A DNA stretch of 63,069 nucleotides, filler included, from Reticulomyxa filosa (taxonomy: Eukaryota > Protista > Foraminifera): assembly GCA_000512085.1 (NCBI GenBank). It is 21 parts of 21 records of this genome, joined end to end, with 100 filler letters (N's around TTAATTAATTAA, not from the genome) between each part and the next. Parts side by side here need not be neighbours in the genome. Positions count along the whole stretch, not along the records: positions 24,829 to 26,181 come from ASPP01036875.1; positions 26,282 to 27,376 come from ASPP01023382.1; positions 27,477 to 28,820 come from ASPP01006543.1; positions 28,921 to 38,957 come from ASPP01027723.1; 17 more parts are not named here. The stretch is one strand, 5' to 3'. This document shows, one piece after another, positions 25,624 to 38,620 of the stretch (positions within the stretch are counted from its first letter, which is position 1; every line of letters starts with the position of its first letter). Position numbers and translations under genes: made by a program. The notes beneath the pieces were generated by a model. That model was not told the DNA's origin and did no database searches. It saw only the letters and a program-made list of their open reading frames with translations.

Positions 25624-25947
25624 TCGTTATTTTTTCTTTTGAATTAGTTTTAGATGATGGTGAGATGAAAAATGTTTGAACTTTTTTTCTCTCAAGATTA
25701 ATGAAGGGGTTGTCAAAAACACTGAGGAAAATATTTGTATGTCAATACAAACTGAAGATATCATTAACTTTTATTTTATTTTCAAAATGATCTCAAAGAT
25801 ATCAAATTTATGAATATAAATAATGTTATTTTGAAATAATTTATAGTGAACACAAATGTTTGAATTTTTTTTTCAAGCAACAAAGTAAGACCAGTTCTTG
25901 CATTTAATCAATTCAAATAAGTTTAATATCATTTTTACAAAAATAAA

Positions 25948-26181
25948 TTATCCCCAAATACGAATAGGACCATTGCCTGAACCATAACATAACTTCAAAT
26001 TATATGTTCCATTCTTTGCATCTTTGCTGCTCTTCTCTTTCTTTTTCAATCCAATAAATTTAAGACAACATATTCCAATATCTTCTTTCTCATTTCCTTT
26101 GATGATATACAATTCATTCTTATTTGATCGAATATCCCAAAAACGAATTGTATTATCATATGATCCAGAACATATCACATT
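25948..26181 (-). CDS. WD40-repeat protein, 3' end (tandem paralog)
   Basis: ICSGSYDNTIRFWDIRSNKNELY...LCYGSGNGPIRIWG*. Confidence 0.85.
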   Translation of the reverse strand, partial: NVICSGSYDNTIRFWDIRSNKNELYIIKGNEKEDIGICCLKFIGLKKKEKSSKDAKNGTYNLKLCYGSGNGPIRIWG

Positions 26182-26289
26182 NNNNNNNNNNNNNNNNNNN
26201 NNNNNNNNNNNNNNNNNNNNNNNNNTTAATTAATTAANNNNNNNNNNNNNNNNNNNNNNNNNNNNNNNNNNNNNNNNNNNNTTTTTTAA

Positions 26290-26460
26290 ACAATTATGAA
26301 AGATTTAATAAAAAACCAAAATGATGTTTAACTACAATATTTATATATATATATTTTTTTTTTTAAATTATTTCTGAGTGTTTTTTTTTCATGAAGAAAA
26401 TCAATCATCTATATAAGGTGCCATTTTAAATGCCAACTTTACTTTACATTTTTACTATAT
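26290..26460. repeat. Dispersed repeat, homologous to 42180-42350
   Basis: Shared blocks TAATAAAAAACCAAAATGAT, TTTTTTCATG-AGAAAATCAAT-ATCTATATAA-GTGC and CAACTTTACTTT-CATT. Confidence 0.65.
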
Positions 26461-26599
26461 TACAAGTTGGTAAACTATGATGTTCAATAAACTGAAACGT
26501 ATTTAGATCAAACACACTAAATTATATTGTATATAATTGATAATAACAATTGATTGCTATACAATAATTTTCTTTATATCTTACAATGATAATTGAATG

Positions 26600-27047
26600 A
26601 TTGTGATTATATGTGGAACCCATTGATTGTAATTGTTTAATCCATTTGATTTGTTTGATATATCTAATATATTACTACAAATACTTACATATTTCATTAC
26701 AAATGTATGCTTATTACTTTCATGTAGACCAGGTTTAAAAGACAACAAAGTGATTTGATTACTGTCTTTATTTTTTAATTGTCTTTATTCACCAATTTCA
26801 CTACACAGTGCAATGTAATTAAACATGACTTGGATACTCACAGATAAACTTATTCATAAGAATAACAAGCTCTTTGCTCATAACCTCCACAAATGAGGAG
26901 TTCGTGTTTGTGTAACACACATTGAGATTGCCAAAGTGGAGTTGGCAACTCCTTCAAAGTTTGAAAGGGAGTACTAAGATGTCCACTTTGCTTAGTTTGT
27001 TCAATTTCTCTTTCAGGAGAGTTTTGTGTTGTAGTTTGATTGGCCAT
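26600..27047 (-). pseudogene. Kelch-like repeat gene remnant
   Basis: FQTLKELPTPLWQSQCVLHKHELLICGG...RACYSY matches the 31539 gene, followed by a deletion, frameshifts and stops. Confidence 0.8.
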
Positions 27048-29223
27048 GTTGTTAATGTTAAGAAACTTTTTTAAAAAAGATGAGGTGGCTTTATCCTTTT
27101 TTGAGAAAACAAAAATATTTTACATTGACATTTTTTATTTGCACATAATTTGAGCAATGAAAATTGAAATACATGAAAGATTGAATTATTGTATCGAGAA
27201 CTTTCAGTGAAAAAATAATACTATTTATCAACTATTGTTTGTGACAATCTTGTATCTTTTTTGAAATAATGAAAGTATCGGAAACACGGATGATGTTCAC
27301 CACTAGTTTTTTGTTCTAAAACTTTTTATAAAGTTATGGAACATTCTGAAAAAAAAAAAAAATTTGGCAAAAAAAANNNNNNNNNNNNNNNNNNNNNNNN
27401 NNNNNNNNNNNNNNNNNNNNTTAATTAATTAANNNNNNNNNNNNNNNNNNNNNNNNNNNNNNNNNNNNNNNNNNNNAGGTGGCATTTTAGGTGTCAACTT
27501 TCTTTTTTATCTTACTGTACGTTCTTATTTAATTTACAAATTTTTTTGATTTTGTCACGTATTTGTTCTTTTTGTCGTTTTTGAATCAATATAGTCTCTT
27601 CGATTGAACAGGCAATGTTATACTTTTGTATATACCTTTTATATTTTGCGATATCTTCTTCACTTCTTTTTTCCCATTTGTTCTTTTTCTTAGAAGCTGA
27701 AGAAATTTTTTGTTGTATTGTGTATGGTGTTGGCACGCTGCTTCTAAATTTGTTCTATCGTTTTTTCTTCAATCTGTAAATTATATATACATTTTTTTTA
27801 ATAATAATATAATATAAAGCGAACCATAATCTTTGCTTTCAATGATAATAAGTTTTTAATATTATCTGTATTAAGTTGGATTTTGTGTAATGATTTTTTC
27901 TTATATTTCATTGAAATTTTTACATTACAATTTTAATGTGATGTACAAATGACTTTGAATGATTATTAGTTTGGTATCTTTTTATCAAAGCAATTATGTA
28001 TACTTTTTTTCTTTAGAATAATATAATTTTGCAAAATTTTTATTTTTTACAAATGTGATTGCTTTGCCTTTCTTGGAAGGGAAAAAAAATACTTATTACG
28101 TGACATAGTTGTACCAAAAGTCGTCTAGAGAAAAAGCACACTACCAAGTGACTGCCAGTAGTGATCTTTGATTTTGGCGTTTCTATTTATTATATCGTGT
28201 GTCATATGTCGCTTTTATCATTAAAAAGTTGCCACTTATATGTTAAATCGTTTACAAAATATTTTTTATAAAAACACATTTATTTTTGTCCTAAATCATT
28301 CTAAATACAGCACCCAAATCAAAGAAAATTTGTATATGAAAAAAATCAAAAAATTCTATCAACAATTGCAATAAAACAAAATTATCGAATATTAGTTTAA
28401 TCGTTTGCTACATTGATTACATTCAAACTTTTTCTCTACATTTTTAGTATAAATGTGTCCGTCATAGTTTGATCTGCTGGTAAACTTAATGAAAAATTTT
28501 TAAAGAAAAAAAATTAACTTGCTGCAATACGTACACACACACGCATCATTTGTATAAGGCTATAAAGCTATGACAGTACTATATTTTCTTTTATTCATTA
28601 AACATAAATATAGTCAAAACATCTATTTTGTCATGATATTATAGTTATCATCGTTAAACTCAAAAGTTATATTTGATAGATTCCAATTTGGATTTTTGTT
28701 CAGCACTTAAAACTTACATACATTGCTCATTTTCAATTTTTTCAATAGATAATCCAATGTGACTTTGAAATTACTTTTTAAAAACAATTGAAAAAACAAA
28801 CACTTAAAATAATCTCAATTNNNNNNNNNNNNNNNNNNNNNNNNNNNNNNNNNNNNNNNNNNNNTTAATTAATTAANNNNNNNNNNNNNNNNNNNNNNNN
28901 NNNNNNNNNNNNNNNNNNNNAAAAAAAAAAAAAAAAAAAAACTGAATGAACTTCACTAGAACTGAGATAACAAATTCGAGTTAATTGTTGTTTTAGTTGA
29001 TTCACAAAAAATCTGGAAAATAATGCACAAATTTTTTTTGTCAATAATGACAATGCATTAGTCTTTTAATTCGAATAACTGCAATTAAAAAATCTATATA
29101 GCCTTTAAAGATATTTAATAATTTTTGTATTAAACAAGTATTGAAATTATTTTTCAAGTCTATTAAATGGCTTTGGATTAATATCTCTGATATCATCTGA
29201 TGATAATTCAATTCCATACTTAA

Positions 29224-29560
29224 TTACAATAATTCTGATATTTGCTGTCTCACAATTTTACTTTTCGAAAATTTGCAATGACCATGCTGTCCAATTGGGC
29301 ATTTTCCATTATTTCCTTTTACATATGTTTCTAAATACTGTCCTCCTATCAAATATGCATACTCTACATTTTCGTGTTCATCACAACATAATTCCATTGT
29401 GTTATTTGTAATTCGTCCGCAAAGATAGCAGAGTAGCGTGTTCATTTTTTTCGAGTCGTTGTCAAAAAAACTCAATCCTTGTTATAGCAACTCGAGAGAA
29501 AAAAGTTTGACTTCTTCTTTTCTTTTTCTGCTTTTTCTTCAGATAATAGTATTAATTTTC
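29224..29560 (-). pseudogene. Degenerate RING/TRAF zinc-finger N-terminus
   Basis: SCYNKD*VFF...LCYLCGRITNNTMELCCDEH...KCPIGQHGHC is homologous to the starts of the genes at ~7998(-) and 34193(+). The conserved Trp codon is TGA and the frame ends early. Confidence 0.7.
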
Positions 29561-29996
29561 CTTTTATGAAATGAAGGGATTTAATATTTATAAAAGGAAT
29601 CGCCGCACACAACAAAAAGTAGTATTTCAAGAAAAAATTATCTATTTTCAATAACAAAATAAATTTGTCCTTCCCACAATACCTTTCTCTGAGAGTTTGT
29701 TGTTTTTAATCGCAAAGAGTAAATAAATACACAACTTTTTCTGAAGTTAGATTTTCTTTCAATATTATCTATTCAAGCTGTTTATAATGGATTATTCGTT
29801 GTTTATATAACAGAATATTACTTCATCTGTTTGCAACAACAGTTAAACAAAATATTTAACGCAACAACTACAAGTCAAACAACAGACCTAAAAAGTTGGA
29901 CAAAAGGACAAGCGAACCAAACTTTTTTCTTATTTGCAAAAATCTATTTGAACAATAAATATTATCTTGATATCCAATTTTCAAGTGTGAAGAGAT

Positions 29997-30881
29997 ATGG
30001 AGAAACGTGTGAATCGACAATTGAAGAAACAATTGGAAGAGCACAAGATATTGGAAGAAGAATTGGAAAAGTTAGAAAACGCAAAGGACCCAAAAGAATC
30101 ATGTGAAGAAGTAATAAAGTTTGTTCAAAATACACCAATGGACCCAATGGTGGACCCAGGTTTGTGATTTTTTTTTTTTTTCTGATAATGATTTTTGGAG
30201 TTCACACAAAAGTATTATAAACTGAACATGCAACATTAAAAAAAAAAAAAAAGAGGCAGAAAGTCCATATAGAGGTCAACCCAACTGTTTCGTTGGTGGA
30301 ACAGAAATATTAGTAAGCAAATCAGGGAAACATAAAAAGATTGAAGAAATGAAAGTAGGTGATGCAATCATATGCTTGGTACCCACGCATGGAGCATTTC
30401 ACGAAAGCGTCGATTGTGACATTAAAGACATACCTAAACATTTGACTGATGCTGTTGTCACAGCTGTTCATAAATCCCTTACTTTTCATATCTGTTCCAT
30501 CCAATATTGCAGTCCATCCAAAGTTTATACATGTATACGTATATTACATATATGTATATGTATATTTTAATTGATGGGTACAATTGTTGGAAATAGAGTG
30601 AGAAAGGTACTATAGAGTGTACAGACAGCCATCCGTTATACGTATACAAAGAGGGGTGGAAAAATGTGAGTGGAGTTGCGAAGCAGCAGTATACGTTTGA
30701 AATTGGCACACTCAAAGTCGGAGATGCACTGTGCTTACAAAGTGGACACTTGGCATACATTACGCACATTCATCGCACGTGCCTCAAAGACCCTGTCACT
30801 GTGTTCAATCTTACTGCCTCCAAAGGGCATACCTTTTTTGCCAATCATATCTTTGTTCATAACAAATGTGTTATTTTATAA
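29997..30881 (+). CDS. G-protein gamma-like subunit fused to a Hint (intein/BIL-like) domain and a C-terminal CaaX box; exons 29997-30159, 30254-30522, 30597-30881 (238 aa)
   Basis: Spliced translation: MEKRVNRQLKKQLEEHKILEEELEKLENAKDPKESCEEVIKFVQNTPMDPMVDPEAESPYRGQPN | CFVGGTEILV...KIEEMKVGD...IECTDSHPLYV...LKVGD...VFNLTASKGHTFFANHIFVHN | KCVIL*. Both introns are GT-AG and in frame. Confidence 0.88.
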
Positions 30882-31538
30882 CACAATACTTGCTTTTTTT
30901 TTTTTTGTCGTTCGTATAATTGGTGAAATAAAACCTAGGATTTTTTTTTTTTTTTAAACTATGCAATAACATTGAGCGTCATCACTATGTGCTGTGTATT
31001 TTGCTTCGAATAGCTTTATTTTTTGGTTTAAAAAAAAAAAGAGCAGGAACAAAGTGATCTTTACCTTGCAATAGATTTATACGTTATTCCTTTGTGTTGG
31101 CCCCCTTTTTAAAAGGAATTCTTCAAAAAAAAACTTGCGAATTTTATATCAATTAATAAAACATACCAAAAGAACAAAGTGAACGTGGTGGAAAGAAAAA
31201 AAGGAGATTTGTTGAATTGAAGTAACTCCAGCTTCTTTTTGTCAGTTCTTCTTTTTAGCTCTGTTTGTTGAATGAATTGTAGATTTAATCCTGGAAGCAT
31301 TACATTATGTGTTGACATTTTGCAAGTATTATTTTTAAAACTGAGTTTTTTTTATTTTTAATCGATAGAATAGAATAAAAATGGTTGTCATCTCAAGATT
31401 TTCTCCTGCGAAGAGATAAAATAAATGAAATTTTGTTTAAATTGGACCTGCACTTATTAGTCAAGCTTTTTTAAAAGAAAGTTTTGCAGTTATTTTTCCT
31501 CCTTTTTTAAAAAAAAAAATTCATTATTAACTAACAAG

Positions 31539-33648
31539 ATGAGTGATCAAATCTTTCAAAGTTTGAATAAACTTCCCACTCCACTTTATAGAGCTCAATG
31601 TGTGTTATACAAACACGAACTCCTCATTTGTGGAGGTGCATATAAAAGAGCTTGCTACTCTTATCATACAATTAAAAATGAATACAAGTTTATATGTGAG
31701 TATCCAGCTGATGTTACATTAGATGGACATTGTGTAGTGAAGCTGACAAATAACAACAATGGAATTACTTTGTTGTCTTTTGGTGGACATTATAAACATA
31801 CATTAATGATGAAATATGTAAGTATTTGGAATAATAAAAATAATTACAATAAATGGATTCCTTTTACTGACAATCAGAATAATCCAATTATCATTGGAAG
31901 AGATAAAGATAGATATGAAGGAGTACGCGCAGTGATTGGTGGAAGTAATAATAACTTGTTATTTATCACTTATTTTAAAAATAATATTAGTATATTTGAT
32001 TTAAATACATTTCAATTTATTAAACATAGCACTTTACAAACTGATAATTGCATCAATTATCATTGCTTTGTATCAAAATCAGAAAATGAGCAAGAAATAA
32101 TGAAAATGAATGAAGAAAAAAAAAAGAAAAATAATAATGAAATGTTGTTATTTTGTAAAAAAACAGGATTATCAATTGAATACAATGAAGATAAAAATAT
32201 TTTTCAATTTTTTAAATTACCTGTTTGTAAAGATATTACATCATTCTATGAGTATGCATAGTGTGTATTAATGGTATTATCTTATTCTTTGGTGGATGGA
32301 ATGGTAGTTTGGGTGATAAATATGTTGTCTCGAAAACAATTTATAAGTATTTAATTCAAGAATATACATGGATTAAATATACACTTACTTTACCTATTCC
32401 ATTACATAATTGTTTTGGGATATTGAATGAAGATAATACTTATATACATGTAATTGGAGGAAATCAGAGTGAAAATACTACAGTATCAATGCATATGAAA
32501 ACAAAGTTGAATCTATGGAGAGATTCTTCACAATTGGTAAGATTTTCTTTTAACTTTTTAAAAACACAAATAAATTGTATACAAAATAATTAATAGTCAA
32601 TAAATGAAATACAATTTATTGTTAAATATTGGACTCGAATTTTAAAGATAAGATTAGGATGGATTGATAATTTTAACAAAACTATTACCAAATATGTTAA
32701 GGAATACCCTTTCACAAAAAAAAAAATTATTGTTTATATATAATCCATGTTTTTAAATAGATAAGAGGTTTGAGATTATTGATGGTTTTACAAACACACA
32801 ACGATGCAGTACGCAATATAACATTTTCTGCAGATGGTCGTAATATGGTTTCGGCATCATATGATAATACTATTCGAATATTAGATGTTTCATCAGGAAA
32901 ACAACTTCAAAATTTTATAGGACATGATAATCGAATATTTGTTGCAAGATTTTCACCAGATGAACATACTATTATTTCATGTTCAAAAGATGACACAATT
33001 CGATTATGGAATATTAATACAGGAACTGAAATAATAGAATTTAAAAAATATTTGAATAATGTATGGGATGTAAACTTTTCACCAGATGGAAAATATATTG
33101 TTGCAGGTTTGGGAGATGGTACAATACGATTATATGATGTAAATTCTGAAATTGAAATAAAACAATTATTAGGACATTCAAAAGGTGTATTGAGTATACA
33201 ATTTTCATCTGATGGTAAAATGATTGTATCATCATCAGTTGATAATACAATTAATCTTTGGAATGTAAAATCTGGTAAAATATTAAAAAAATTTGAAGGA
33301 CATTCTAATTATGTAATGCGTGCAAAATTTTCTCCAGATGATAAATTTATTGTATCATGTTCATGTGATAATACAATTCGAATATGGAATATTGAAACAG
33401 GAATAGAATGGAAAATATTAAAAGGACATTTAGGTATTGTATACGATGTAAAATATTTTCCAGATAGTCAAACAATTATATCATGTTCAGGTGATAGCAC
33501 AATTCGATTATGGAATGTGGAATTAGGAAAGGAAATACAAAAATTTGAAGCATATTCTCGTTGTATGATGTGTGTGGATATTTCTCAAAATGGTAATACA
33601 ATTGCAGTAGGTTCTAGAGACGGTAAAATTCGAATTTGGAGCATATAA
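31539..33648 (+). CDS. Kelch-like repeats + helical exon + WD40 protein (frameshift ~32260)
   Basis: Kelch GG motifs (LLICGG, SFGG, VIGG, FFGG), the 99-nt exon 32597-32695 and seven WD repeats at 32761-33648. Confidence 0.82.
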
Positions 33649-34192
33649 ATTTTTAACATTATGAAGTTTGATACCTTAACAGCTCTTTTTACGAATACAC
33701 ATACATATACAATTTATTCTTATTACGAATTATTGTTGAACAATTAATTGGATCTCTTCTTTTGATTTGTTTAATCACAAATCATAAAAAACAATCAACT
33801 TCCTTTTTTTCTATTTAACTAAAAAAAACTACTTGAAATGAAAAGAATGGAAAAAAGTTATGCGAGAAACAGCAATGTAGAGACCTGAAGATTATGATAT
33901 ACTTGTAGATTACTATAGATAAAAAAAAATGAAACAATAAATGATATTTTTGTCTCAAAGAGAAACAGATATTTGGAAAAAATATTTTCATTTAAAATAT
34001 GCATAAATAAAAAATTTCATTCCTTTTTTATTTGAAAAAAACCAACATACAAGTTTTGTGTTTAATCATTGAAAAACACAAATTAGGTTAAATCTTGTGT
34101 AAAAAGGGTTGACAATTTTTATGCACAGAAACAGTTCAGTTTCAAAAATTCAAATAAATTGAAAAAAGGACAAAAATAATCAACTCAAGATA

Positions 34193-36129
34193 ATGAAACA
34201 AGTAAATGAAAAAAACACAAAAGATGAAATAACTTTGCATTCACTTGAAGACTCCTGCTTTAACAAAGATTGGGTTTTACGGTCATGTCAACAAGAATAT
34301 ATTACACATTTTATTTGTTTGATTTGCAAACAAATTGCAAATAATCCTGTGGAGATAGTGTGTCCACAACACGCAAATATGGATGAATCATTGATTGTTG
34401 GAGAAAATTGTTTAAAACTATTTCTTAAAAACAACAACAACTCTTGTCCAATTCAATCACATGACAACTGTCAGTATTCAAGAAATAATGTTGTACGAAG
34501 ATGTATTGGTGACTTAACAGTAATGTGCATAAGACAATTCGAACAAGAATTAAAGAAATCACATGATACTACATCTGAATTAATTCAATGTAATTTTCAA
34601 GGAAAATTAAAACATTTAAATTCTCATTTAATCAATGAATGTCCTTTACATTTAATTGATTGTTGGTTTAAATCATTTGGTTGTAATCATATCTGTTTCG
34701 ATTATAATTTAAAAAATCATTTAATTACAAATATGAAATTACATTTTGATTTAGTTAATCAATTATTTCAGTCTATGAAACAAGAAATTGAATTGAAAGA
34801 TAATCAAATTAAACAAATGGAAAGAAATTATAAACAAGAGTTACTCAAATATCAAATAGATATTGAAATGATTAAAAAAGATTTCAATCACAAAGAAAAA
34901 CAAATTTTATCTGATTATGAAAAAATAGTTAAAGAATTGGAAGAAAAGAATGATAAATTAACTCGAGATTATGAACAATTAATTCAAAAATTAAATATTG
35001 AACATAAAGAGGAAGAAAAAGAAATTTATAAGCCTTCTATTTCGTTATCATCACCTATTTCTTTTGATTTATTTCGTTCATCATCCAATTAATTAATACA
35101 TTTACTGGACACACTAGCACTGTGTGGAGTATTGATTATTCAATATTTGATGGTGGTCAATTCATTTGTTCTGGGTCAAATGATAACACAGTTCGTGTAT
35201 GGGATGTTAAAAATAACAAGCAAATTCAGTCATTTAATGGACATTCAAATTCTGTGTACGATGTAAAATTTTCACCTTATCATTATTGCAATAATAATCG
35301 TCGTTATGTCATTTGCTCTTCATCATTAGATAAAACAATTTGTTTTTGGGATATCAAAGATAATCAACAATTAAAATTATTAAATGATCACACTCAATGG
35401 GTTGGTGGTATTGAATTTTCACCATTTAATGGTGGTAGATATTTATGTTCTGGATCTGCTGACACTACTATTCGTTTATGGGATGTTGAAACATATAAAT
35501 CATTACATGTTTTCAATGGACATACAAATAATGTTTGGTGTGTTGATATTTCACCATTGCAAAGTAACAATGATAAAAGTAATAGTATTGGTGTGATTGG
35601 TGGTAATGGATATACTATTTGTTCCGGATCATATGATCATACAATTCGAATATGGGATATTGAAACAACTAAACAATTAATTTTGCTCAACGGACATAAA
35701 AATACAGTGTCTGGTGTAAAATATGGACCAAATGAATTAGGAAATACAATATTATCTGGATCATATGATAGTAGTGTTCGTTTATGGGATATTCGATCAG
35801 GTGAACAGATTCAAATGTTCAATGGACGTAAAGATTGGATTTGCGCTATTGAATATTTACCATTTGTAGTAAAAAATATGAAAATTGGTTGTAATGCAAA
35901 TGTAATATGTTTTGGAGAAGATAATACAATCCGTTTTTGGGATATTCGATCAAATAAGAATGAAATATATGTGATTAAAGGTAATCATAAAGAGGATAAC
36001 GGGATAAGATGTCTTAAATTTATGTCATTGAAAAAGAAATCAAAGAATAATGAGAAAACATCAAATGATGCTTGTGGTGCTAATTTATGTTCTGGTTCAA
36101 TTAAAGGACCGATTCGTGTTTGGGGGTAG
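34193..36129 (+). CDS. RING/TRAF zinc finger + coiled coil + WD40 protein, intronless (frameshift ~35088)
   Basis: ICLICKQIANNP...CPQH...CPIQSHDNC and CWFKSFGCNH motifs, then WD repeats. Adding one A at TCCAATTA restores SSKLINTF. Confidence 0.85.
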
Positions 36130-36579
36130 ACTTTTTTTTAATTTTCGTGATTTTGACAAAATTGCATTATGTATTTTACACTTACAAATTATTCAATTTT
36201 GATTTGACCTCTTTTGTTTTTTGATTATTTTTACCCAATTTTTGAGCATATATTGACAGTACATTTTCACAATAAATATATTCCAAAATTTATGTGAATC
36301 ATCAAGATATTGACGATTTGAGTCCAATTTATTCAATCTCAATTTTAAAGCATTTTTTCCAACAATTAACATAATATATTCAATTAATCTTTTCTCATTA
36401 TACACTCTGTTTGCAAATATGGACTTATTTCATTGGCGACAACTGAAAAATTTTTATATTGATAAAAGTGATTACACCTTCATTGGACTTTAAAAAAAAA
36501 GTTCAAATATATATTCATCTTACATCAGCAAAGACTAGCTAAATGAAAAAACAAAATTGAAACAAGGGCCACATTGAGT

Positions 36580-36695
36580 AATGAAATGCAACCAGCATTG
36601 GTAAAGCTACTTGTCTTTGTGTGTTTCTTGATAGTTTTGATATTTATTTATGTTATAGCTCAGCAAAGGGTTCTATTTGTATTTGGGGATATTGG
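36580..36695 (+). pseudogene. Internally deleted WD40 gene remnant
   Basis: First-exon-like MQPAL|GTAAAG lies next to the terminal LCYSSAKGSICIWG motif. Confidence 0.45.
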
Positions 36696-36873
36696 CTAAT
36701 TTATTTTTTTTCAACGAATCAACATGATATATTCAATCATTCATCCATTTTTATTATGTATATTATATTTGCAATATTCTTTAATTTCACACATAAAACG
36801 ATATCATATAAAAAGGAAATAAAACAAGTCCATTTAAAAACAAAATTTCATCAACTTCTTCATTAAAATGTGT

Positions 36874-38230
36874 TCATCCATAAACATAAATTAAACCTGT
36901 GGTTGAACCATAACATAAATTAACGCAATTTAATTTTTGCTCATCGTTATTTACTTGCTTTTTCACTTCCATAAATTTAAGACATCTTACTTCTTCATCT
37001 ACTTTCGCCATATACAATTCATTCTTATTTGATCGAATATCCCAAAAGAGAATTGTTTTATCATATGATCCAGAACATATCACATTTGAATTACCACCAC
37101 TATCATTTATTACAAATGGTGAATATTCAACAGCACATACATAACTTTTATGTTCATTGAACGCTTGAATTTGTTCACTAGATCGAATATCCCACAAACG
37201 AATACTTCTATCCATTGATCCAGATAATATTGTATTTCTTAATTCATTTGATCCATATTTTACACTAGTAATCCAATGTCTGTGTCCTTTGAATACATTC
37301 AATTGCTTGGCAGTTTCAATATCCCATATTTGAATAGTTTTATCATCTGATCCAGAGCAAATACTATATCCACTTCCACCAATCACACCAATATTTTTAC
37401 TTTTATCATTATTGTGATTATTGCTTTGCAATGGTGAAACATCAACACACCAAACACCATCATTATGTCCATTGAAAACATGTAATGATTTTGATGTTTC
37501 AACATCCCATAAACGAATTGTTTTGTCAATAGATCCAGAACACAAATATCTACCACCACTAAATGATGAAAATTCAATACCACAAACACCTTTTGTGTGT
37601 CCATTGAATATTTGTAATTGTTTATTATGTTTGAAATCCCAAAAACGAACGGTATTATCTTCTGATGAAGAGCAAATAACATTTTGACTATTATTATGAT
37701 AATGATATTGTGAAAATCTCACACAATACACAGAATTTGAATGTCCATTAAATGATTGAACTTGTTCGTTGTTATTAAAATCCCATACACGAACTGTTCT
37801 ATCAGATGATCCAGAACAAATGAATTGACCACCGTCAAATGCTAAATAATCAAGGCTTCGTACAATAGTGGTGTGTCCAGTGAATGTATTGAGAAATTTG
37901 AATGATGAACGAAATGTATCAAATATAAAAACAGTATATACCTATATTCAATAAATATTTGAATATTTTTGCTTAATACTAAATGAAAGAAAGAACAAAT
38001 GGACTAACATAATTGACAATGAGTTTGTCAAAATCTTTGATCCATCCTAATTTAATCTTTAATCTTCGAATCCAATACTGAATGATTATTTGGATTTCTT
38101 CTTTTTTCGACTGTCAAACGATAAACAAAAACAAACAACACACAAAAACAAACAATAAAAACATACAGACAACTCGATTTCTGAAAGAAAAAAACTTGAT
38201 CAAAACTTTCATGGCTAAGCTTAAGTTCAT
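36874..38230 (-). CDS. WD40-repeat protein
   Basis: The 102-nt exon 38009-38110 precedes a long WD exon ending LCYGSTTGLIYVYG*. Start codon uncertain. Confidence 0.85.
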
Positions 38231-38620
38231 ACTTTTAACTTTTTATTTACGATACAAGATGAAAAAAAAATTCTTTTGAACTTTTTTTCATTGTCCTTTT
38301 GACCCTTTTTCAATAATACACTTCTTTCTTTTCACGACTAAAGTTTTATCATTTTGTTGTAATTATGTCTATTAAATGTTCATCATAGAAGCGCAATATA
38401 AATTTACTTTGATTTGACAATGAATAAAATACAATAAGGATATTTGTCAGACAATATTTAAACTCGGTTCCAAAAAAAGACAAATTAAAATGCATTTATT
38501 TTTATTTTCCAATTTAAATAATTGCAAACTTCTTTACATTATTTGATAGTCGGTAATTGTGATTAAAAACAAGTTTTTATCACTTCGCAAACATTGTGAA
38601 ATTCAAAAAAACATTTGTGT

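Noticed and set aside
29831-30106. ORF-track protein MQQQLNK... as the real gene
   Set aside because: It is an overlapping frame. The coherent reading starts at ATG 29997 and splices into the Hint exons.
1688-30881. 7TM, RGS and G-gamma genes as a physical G-protein cluster
   Set aside because: They lie on different contigs separated by linkers, so the adjacency is arbitrary.
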